A stretch of DNA of 64,000 nt from Bacillota bacterium. GTDB taxonomy: Bacteria > Bacillota > Clostridia > Peptostreptococcales > Anaerovoracaceae. The notes beneath the pieces are model-generated. The model was not told the DNA's origin and did no database searches. It saw only the letters and a program-made list of their open reading frames with translations. Within the stretch, counting starts at the first letter, position 1. Each line of letters starts with the position of its first letter. The position numbers and the translations under genes are program-made. Of the stretch, positions 9,912 to 16,013 are shown in pieces. The stretch covers positions 38,050 through 102,049 of the forward strand of contig JAHZHA010000027.1 of assembly GCA_019420525.1 (NCBI GenBank), given 5' to 3'.

Positions 9912-10607
9912 TTACAAACTAAATTTAAGACTGGCACTTCTTCCCAGGCAATATTTGCTCACCGACAGCGCTGAACGGTCGGCATCGTTAATCAGAGCTT
10001 TTATGTAACTGAGAAGAAAACCGTTGTATTTCACTTCCAGAACCCCGTTGAAAGGATCCATCACAGGATACAGATTGAGCTGCGGAGAAAAAAGTTCAAA
10101 ACAGCACTCGGTAGCCCGGATATCCCTGTCAAAAGTGATGCGTATCTTATTTTCTCTGGCGACGAAAGCTGTACGCCTGTACTCGATGACTGTCTTGGGC
10201 CGGTAGCATTTCCGGTGCATGAGGCCATAGCACTCCGCCGCAAAAGGATTGCTGTATCTCAGTAGATTATCGTAACGTCCCGCAGCCATCTCCTCAGCGT
10301 CTTTCCGGCTTATGCGCAGAGAACGTTTTTTCTGATATGCTCCCTCTTTCTGCTTCATTTCCAGCATGGCGAATTCCGAAGCGGGATCATAAATCCGAAG
10401 ACGGATTTTCCGGCGGAGTTCGATACCGTCTAATTTTTCATGATAATCACTGTCGTATAGAGTGTCAAAGTAAAGTGAGCGAATAGAATATCCCTGTGAT
10501 CCATTGTGTGCATCCTGAATCATTACCTTGCTCAGCTTTGCCGACAGCCTGTCCATGTCCGCCACTGTCATGAAATATTTTTTCTCCTGCCGATATACCT
10601 CGTTCAA
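9912..10607 (-). CDS. VTC-domain (polyphosphate-polymerase-like / triphosphate-tunnel) protein
   Basis: N-terminus ...YRQEKKYF... and overall composition match bacterial VTC/CYTH-like domain proteins. TTG start with RBS GGAGGTG at 7 nt. First gene after a 5'UTR hairpin. Confidence 0.6.
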   Translation of the reverse strand: MNEVYRQEKKYFMTVADMDRLSAKLSKVMIQDAHNGSQGYSIRSLYFDTLYDSDYHEKLDGIELRRKIRLRIYDPASEFAMLEMKQKEGAYQKKRSLRISRKDAEEMAAGRYDNLLRYSNPFAAECYGLMHRKCYRPKTVIEYRRTAFVARENKIRITFDRDIRATECCFELFSPQLNLYPVMDPFNGVLEVKYNGFLLSYIKALINDADRSALSVSKYCLGRSASLKFSL

Positions 10608-10711
10608 CCGATCACACCTCCAAAAGAAGAAATGACCTACCTGAATGATAGAATCATTTCTTCTTCCTCATCTTTCAATCCATCCCAAATACAGATATTG
10701 TACATTTCCCG

Positions 10712-11074
10712 TCAATCCAACGCCAGTAAGTTCTCTGTCGCATGGTGAAACAGGTTCTCCAACTCCGGCATCGCCGCTGCTGCTGCTGTCAGATCTCCTC
10801 TGCGAAGATCTTCTGTCATGATGCTAATCTTCTGGTAAAGCTCTTTCAGGGATAGATTTCCCGTAAGCCCTTTGAGAGCATGAGCTGCTTCAAATGCCTG
10901 AGAGATGTTCTGTTCCTCCATCGCCTGTTTTAGACGGAAAAAATTATTATCTTCTGTAAAACGCAGAAGCATTTTAAGCATCAGTGTTTCGTTATTCATA
11001 AATCGGGCCAGCGCATCTTCGATATCGACTCCTGCTTCCTCTAAAAGTTTTTTTTCATCTCTTCCATCACTCAA
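10712..11074 (-). CDS. Histidine phosphotransfer (Hpt) protein
   Basis: AHALKGLTGNLSL contains the HxxKG phospho-His motif. The start is ambiguous: TTG at 11074 (overlapping the upstream gene by 8 nt) or ATG at 10999. The ORF-track start at 11161 is an over-extension into the upstream gene. Confidence 0.6.
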   Translation of the reverse strand: MSDGRDEKKLLEEAGVDIEDALARFMNNETLMLKMLLRFTEDNNFFRLKQAMEEQNISQAFEAAHALKGLTGNLSLKELYQKISIMTEDLRRGDLTAAAAAMPELENLFHHATENLLALD

Positions 11075-12176
11075 ACACTCCTTCTGTTTTTCGGTAAAAC
11101 CGGCGCAGCATTGGCTCTTCCTTTCTGAAATATTCCAACAGCTCAGGATTAAAAACCCCACACTGCCCTTCCAAAATCATTTGCATAGCGGTGTCAGCCG
11201 GCATAGCATCCTTATAGCACCTTTTGCTCACCAGAGCATCGTACACATCCGTCAATGAAACGATCTGCGTCCAGATAGGAATTTCATCACCTGCCAGCTG
11301 ATCAGGATAACCACCTCCGTCCCAGCGTTCATGATGATGAAGAGCGATATCATAGGCATAGTGATAAGCAGAATGCTCTCTCATTTGAGGTATCTGTGAC
11401 AGAAGTTCTGCGCCCCTTACAGTATGAGACTTCATGAGCTCATACTCTTCCGGGGTCAATCTTCCCTTTTTATTAAGAATGGCATCCGGAATCGAAATTT
11501 TCCCCACATCATGAGTGATAGCCCCCATTCCGATCAGCATGATCTCATTTTCCGTAAGACCTTCTCCCAGAGGTGTTTCTCTCAGAAGGTGGCAGGTGAT
11601 ATCGTGAATCCGCCGAACATGCTCACCGGATTCATCACTTCGGAATTCAATAGCTGCAGACAGCGCTTCAACCATTCCCATGCTCATATCCGCCATCTGC
11701 TGGGTCTGAATCAGCAACTGATCTCTCTGCCGTTCCACTTCAGCTCCGAGCCTTTGCCTTGCACGAAAAAGTTCGACCACGGAATTAACCCGCCGCCGGA
11801 CCACATAAGGTACCACCGGCTTTAATATGAAATCCATAACACCCAGATCATAAGCCTCTCTCATGGTAGAATCAGCCGCATCAGCGGTAATCAGAAAAAC
11901 GGGAATACTGCCGGTCATCCCCCGTTTCTGAAGTTCGCGGAGCATCTCTATCCCGTCGATCTTCGGCATCATCACGTCAAGCAAAATAGCACAAATATTA
12001 TTTTGGTGTTCCAGCGCCGCAGCGAGACCTGCTTCACCGTCCGCTGCCTCTAAAATTCCGTATTCCGAATCAAATATATTCGCAAGAATCATCCGATTGA
12101 TTTCCTCATCATCTACGATGAGAATATTTTCTTTTCTGGAATCTTCCAATTTCAAAGCCTCCTGTCTGTCACTCAC
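11067..12176 (-). CDS. Response regulator with HD-GYP domain (c-di-GMP phosphodiesterase, RpfG-like)
   Basis: Receiver ILIVDDEE...DVMMPKIDG plus the HD-GYP signature HHERWDGGGYP. GTG start overlapping the kinase stop (GTGA). An alternative TTG at 12149 has GGAGG 8 nt upstream. Confidence 0.8.
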   Translation of the reverse strand: MSDRQEALKLEDSRKENILIVDDEEINRMILANIFDSEYGILEAADGEAGLAAALEHQNNICAILLDVMMPKIDGIEMLRELQKRGMTGSIPVFLITADAADSTMREAYDLGVMDFILKPVVPYVVRRRVNSVVELFRARQRLGAEVERQRDQLLIQTQQMADMSMGMVEALSAAIEFRSDESGEHVRRIHDITCHLLRETPLGEGLTENEIMLIGMGAITHDVGKISIPDAILNKKGRLTPEEYELMKSHTVRGAELLSQIPQMREHSAYHYAYDIALHHHERWDGGGYPDQLAGDEIPIWTQIVSLTDVYDALVSKRCYKDAMPADTAMQMILEGQCGVFNPELLEYFRKEEPMLRRFYRKTEGVFE

Positions 12177-14737
12177 ATTTCATCCTGCCCGGATGGTTTC
12201 CGAGCACTTCTGCGTTCCTCCATCAATCTTATGAGAGTCTGCTTCAATATCTCACTGTTTATCGGTTTGGATACATGATCGTCTATCCCGGCCTGAGCAG
12301 TCCGGGCAATGTCTTCAGGAGACACATTGGCAGTCACCGCGACAATCGGTACACTGCCGGCATCCGCTCTGTCCAAATGCCGGATAATCGCTGAAGCCTG
12401 ACAGCCATCCATCACAGGCATCTGCATATCCATCAGAATTGCATCTACAGAATAGGACTGCGCGGATTTAAATACCTGGACAGCTTCTTTTCCATTTTCA
12501 GCCGTTATCACATCTGCCCCAAACTGCCGTAGAATCTCAGTGATAATCTCTCTGTTGAGATCATTATCTTCTGCCACCAAGACAGTACGGCCGGTCAGAT
12601 CTGCACTATATTCTTCTGTCCGTATACTGACTTTATCCTCTTCTATATCGTAACGTTCACATACCTCCAGAGGAAGTGTCACCGTAAAGCGCGAACCTTT
12701 CCCCAATGTACTTTCTACCGTAACCTCTCCGTTCATCTGCTGGACCAAACTCTTGACGATAGGCATTCCCAGACCGGTACCGGACACCGGATGTGAACGG
12801 AAAACTGTCTCTCGCACATAAGGATCAAAAAGGTGCTCCAAAAAACTCTCGGACATGCCGATACCCGTGTCTTCTACCACAATCTGATATTTACTATGCT
12901 GTTGAAAATCAAACTGTCTTGCCTTAAGACGGATAGAATCTCCGGAATTGCTGTATTTTACAGCATTTGAAAGAAGGTTATTAAGGATCTGAATAATCTT
13001 ATTTTCATCGCCGATTACAACCTCATTCTGAAAATCTATGCTGGTTTCCAGATGTTTTCCCTGCTCGTCTATTCGATCATGAAAAAGATCTGCCACCTCA
13101 TTCAACAGCTTTTTTAAATTAAATTCCTTCTGATCCAGGCTATCTTTTACGGCTTCTGAACGTGAAAGTTCCAGAATATCATTGATCAGTTCCAAAAGCT
13201 GTTTGCCTGCAAACTCAATTTTTCCCAGATATTCTCCGACTTTGCCTATATTACCTTCTTTTTGACTTTTTTCAGCCAATTCACAGCATCCGATGATAGC
13301 GTTGAGAGGTGTTCGCATATCGTGGGACATCCTGCTGAAAAATGCCAGTTTTTCTTCCGTGCCTTTACGGGCTGCATCCAGTGCATCCTGCAGAAGAATT
13401 GTCGCCTTCAGTTCACGCCTTTTTTCTTCGTCCACATCTCTGAAACACAATATTACTTCATCGGGAGCTAGTTTTTTGTTATAAAGAGTACGAATATTAA
13501 CCCATCGGTATGTATCTCCAAATTTTCTCTGATAATCGCCACCGTAATCTGTCACGCCATCTTCGATCCGCTGCCGGATATTCTGCAGTGAAAAATTTTC
13601 TTTAAAAGCCTGATATACTTCTGGCTTCACCAAAAGCTGCATAGTATCTACAAAAAAAGAATAATCTCCGTTTTCCGGAATTCTTTTTCCAAGATCCTGA
13701 TACGTTTTAATTCCTTCATAGGTACCTGACTCTACATTAATTCTGAAAACAGCATGAAATGATTCTCCCAATATGTGAACTGTATCATCTGCCTTTTTCA
13801 ACACACGGCTTTTAACCGCATCATGTATTGTCATAAAGGCCAGCAGAAGAAACAATATGAGGGCCAGACCTGACATCAGATAAATAGTGGCATTCGGTTC
13901 TCCCATCAAAATAGACCTGGAAGGGATCATCATAATCGCAGTCCATCCATTATCCATTACTCTGTGATAGATCCCGCAGGAAGACCCGTTCAAATCTTCC
14001 ACAAAAGCATCATAATCCAGTAAAGAACCGTCAGAAATACCTTCCATTATATTATCAACATACCCCTGCAGCTGATCTGCATCAACTACTCCTGCAGCAT
14101 TTGCATAGATAAGAAGCCCTCCCTCATCGCACAAAAAATATGAACAACCATCCGGCATCGTCTGTGCAGACTGGTGCAGATCAGGATTCTGAACAAAGAT
14201 GTCCATAGCCACCACATTGCCGTCATGCTTTAAAGCTTGGGAAACAGTCAGAACTCGCTGACCGGTCACAGCATCTTTATATACGTCTCCCGACACAATT
14301 TGTCCCTGCGCTTCCACAGCTTGTAAATACCATGCAGTCTCACTGTAGAGATAATCTTCGTCGCCTTCCCAGGGATTTGCTGCTACAATTTTTCCATCAA
14401 TTACCGCATAAATATCCACCAAGTCCTCGCCGACAACCCCCGTAAACTTGTGATAGTAACCTTCCAGCCACTGCTGAATTTCCTCAAAGTCACTTCCATT
14501 TTCCAACATTTCATCGATGTATTGACCGATAACTATGAGGTTTCCTTCGAGATCAGAAAGATTCGTTTCTTCTTCTTTCGCATAACTGTAAGTCAAAGCC
14601 ATTCCCAGATTCTGAGCATTTTCCAGCAATTTATTGCGTACCAGAAAAATGGAGAAGATCAGAACAAATGATACGATCAAAAGAAGAGATATATTCAAAA
14701 CAACATTATGCCTGTAAAAAAAATTTCGTTTTCTCAT
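12173..14737 (-). CDS. Hybrid sensor histidine kinase (TM - extracytoplasmic Cache-like sensor - TM - PAS-like - HisKA - HATPase - receiver)
   Basis: H-box SHDMRTPLNAI, ATPase G-boxes (DTGIGM, GTGLGM) and a C-terminal receiver LVAEDNDLNREI...DMQMPVMDG. ATG at 14737 is preferred over TTG at 14743. Confidence 0.8.
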   Translation of the reverse strand: MRKRNFFYRHNVVLNISLLLIVSFVLIFSIFLVRNKLLENAQNLGMALTYSYAKEEETNLSDLEGNLIVIGQYIDEMLENGSDFEEIQQWLEGYYHKFTGVVGEDLVDIYAVIDGKIVAANPWEGDEDYLYSETAWYLQAVEAQGQIVSGDVYKDAVTGQRVLTVSQALKHDGNVVAMDIFVQNPDLHQSAQTMPDGCSYFLCDEGGLLIYANAAGVVDADQLQGYVDNIMEGISDGSLLDYDAFVEDLNGSSCGIYHRVMDNGWTAIMMIPSRSILMGEPNATIYLMSGLALILFLLLAFMTIHDAVKSRVLKKADDTVHILGESFHAVFRINVESGTYEGIKTYQDLGKRIPENGDYSFFVDTMQLLVKPEVYQAFKENFSLQNIRQRIEDGVTDYGGDYQRKFGDTYRWVNIRTLYNKKLAPDEVILCFRDVDEEKRRELKATILLQDALDAARKGTEEKLAFFSRMSHDMRTPLNAIIGCCELAEKSQKEGNIGKVGEYLGKIEFAGKQLLELINDILELSRSEAVKDSLDQKEFNLKKLLNEVADLFHDRIDEQGKHLETSIDFQNEVVIGDENKIIQILNNLLSNAVKYSNSGDSIRLKARQFDFQQHSKYQIVVEDTGIGMSESFLEHLFDPYVRETVFRSHPVSGTGLGMPIVKSLVQQMNGEVTVESTLGKGSRFTVTLPLEVCERYDIEEDKVSIRTEEYSADLTGRTVLVAEDNDLNREIITEILRQFGADVITAENGKEAVQVFKSAQSYSVDAILMDMQMPVMDGCQASAIIRHLDRADAGSVPIVAVTANVSPEDIARTAQAGIDDHVSKPINSEILKQTLIRLMEERRSARKPSGQDEM

Positions 14738-14778
14738 GTACAAACACCTATCCAGGAATTTTCATCGTTTCTGCGGAT

Positions 14779-15521
14779 TTATTTTTTAATTTCAGATTCA
14801 TACTCTGGATCCATTCTGTGAGGCTTTCCACAACAGTCATTCTTCTCATAAAAAGACTTTTTCTCCTTATACATTTTCATTTCCGCCTCCCAAATAAGTT
14901 TTTCTATATCCACACTGCCGCCTTTTTGTCCAGCTAATCCCATCGATATATGATAACCTTCCGTTTCCACGAAATGACATACCTCATTTAGACGATCTGT
15001 AATCGAATCTTTTCCTGCACCGGTTTTTCCAAAATATAATAACAATATACAGCAGAGTGATGACAGTGGCCACAGTGCCCATAATGAGGATGACCACGTT
15101 GATATCTTTTACGCTGGCGAAAGCCACACTCTCTGGTACAGTAAGCTGTATAGATCAGTTATTGATATCTGCCGGCTGATAACGAGTATAATAATATTCA
15201 TCTGCCTTGCTGGAAAAAAGACATAATAACCTGATCTGCCGCTGATGAATTTAGTTTTTTTCTATTTCATCACGATTCGTAATTTTTTCTGAAACCAGCG
15301 TTCCTGAGATAAGTTCCAAATTTTCCCGATTTGATTCTATAAAACGCTGCAGAGCATCTGAGGCATCTTCTGCAACGCTTTCCATTTCAGAATAACAATC
15401 TTCCATCGTCATTTTCTAAAAAACATGCGTGGTGAACACATAACAGCTGCCCAACAGAAAAATCAATAACAATGACAAGAGAATATTGCTATGAAATTCT
15501 TTCTTTATTTTACGCTTTATA
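14779..15521 (-). pseudogene. Decayed GGDEF-domain (diguanylate cyclase) sensor gene: remnant pieces in three frames
   Basis: RBS GGAGGTGA then TTG opens a TM-like N-terminus (...FHSNILLSLLLIFLLGSCYVF) that stops after about 35 codons. A 54-aa piece follows (MTMEDCYSEMESVAEDASDALQRFIESNRENLELISG...). A second TM-like piece (MGTVATVITLLYIVIIFWKNRCRKRF) frameshifts into an 88-aa ORF that matches only the last third of a GGDEF domain (YHISMGLAG...DIEKLIWEAEMKMYKEKK). Confidence 0.45.
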
Positions 15522-15960
15522 TACAGCAACTAGTCACCTCCTACCTCACTTTACGGCAGTTTTCTGATGTAAGCTGTCGTTTATCACATGATGATCTTCA
15601 TATGAAATAAGAGTGGAGGAAATATCCTTCCGAGAATGAAAAGCGATTGTTGTCTGCTATATCCCGCATCCCTTAAACTGTGCCGGCTAAAACAGAAAAC
15701 ATTTCCCTCTCGCCTGACTCTTTCTGAATATTAATTATATATAAGTTATATTCTCCTTTCAAGGTAGGAAAAAACGCTCACTCACTAAGAATTTCAGTTG
15801 TTTTGCCGTATTCATTTATAAATTAAGTCCATCTAAATATAATACAAAATAGATTTTATGTATGTATATAATAGAATCAAGATCGTAAAAAATATTTATT
15901 TGGCATAAATGTCGGAATTCATAAAATTCAATTGAATCTGCAGATCTCACTTCCAGTAAT

Positions 15961-15996
15961 CACAAAAACTGCCGCAGGATTAAACTCCTGCGGCAG
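15961..15996 (-). terminator. Intrinsic terminator downstream of the SLH surface-protein gene
   Basis: Perfect stem CTGCCGCAGGA/TCCTGCGGCAG with a 5-nt loop, followed on the minus strand by TTTTTGTG. Confidence 0.55.
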
Positions 15997-16013
15997 TCTG
16001 AGATCAGAATAAA

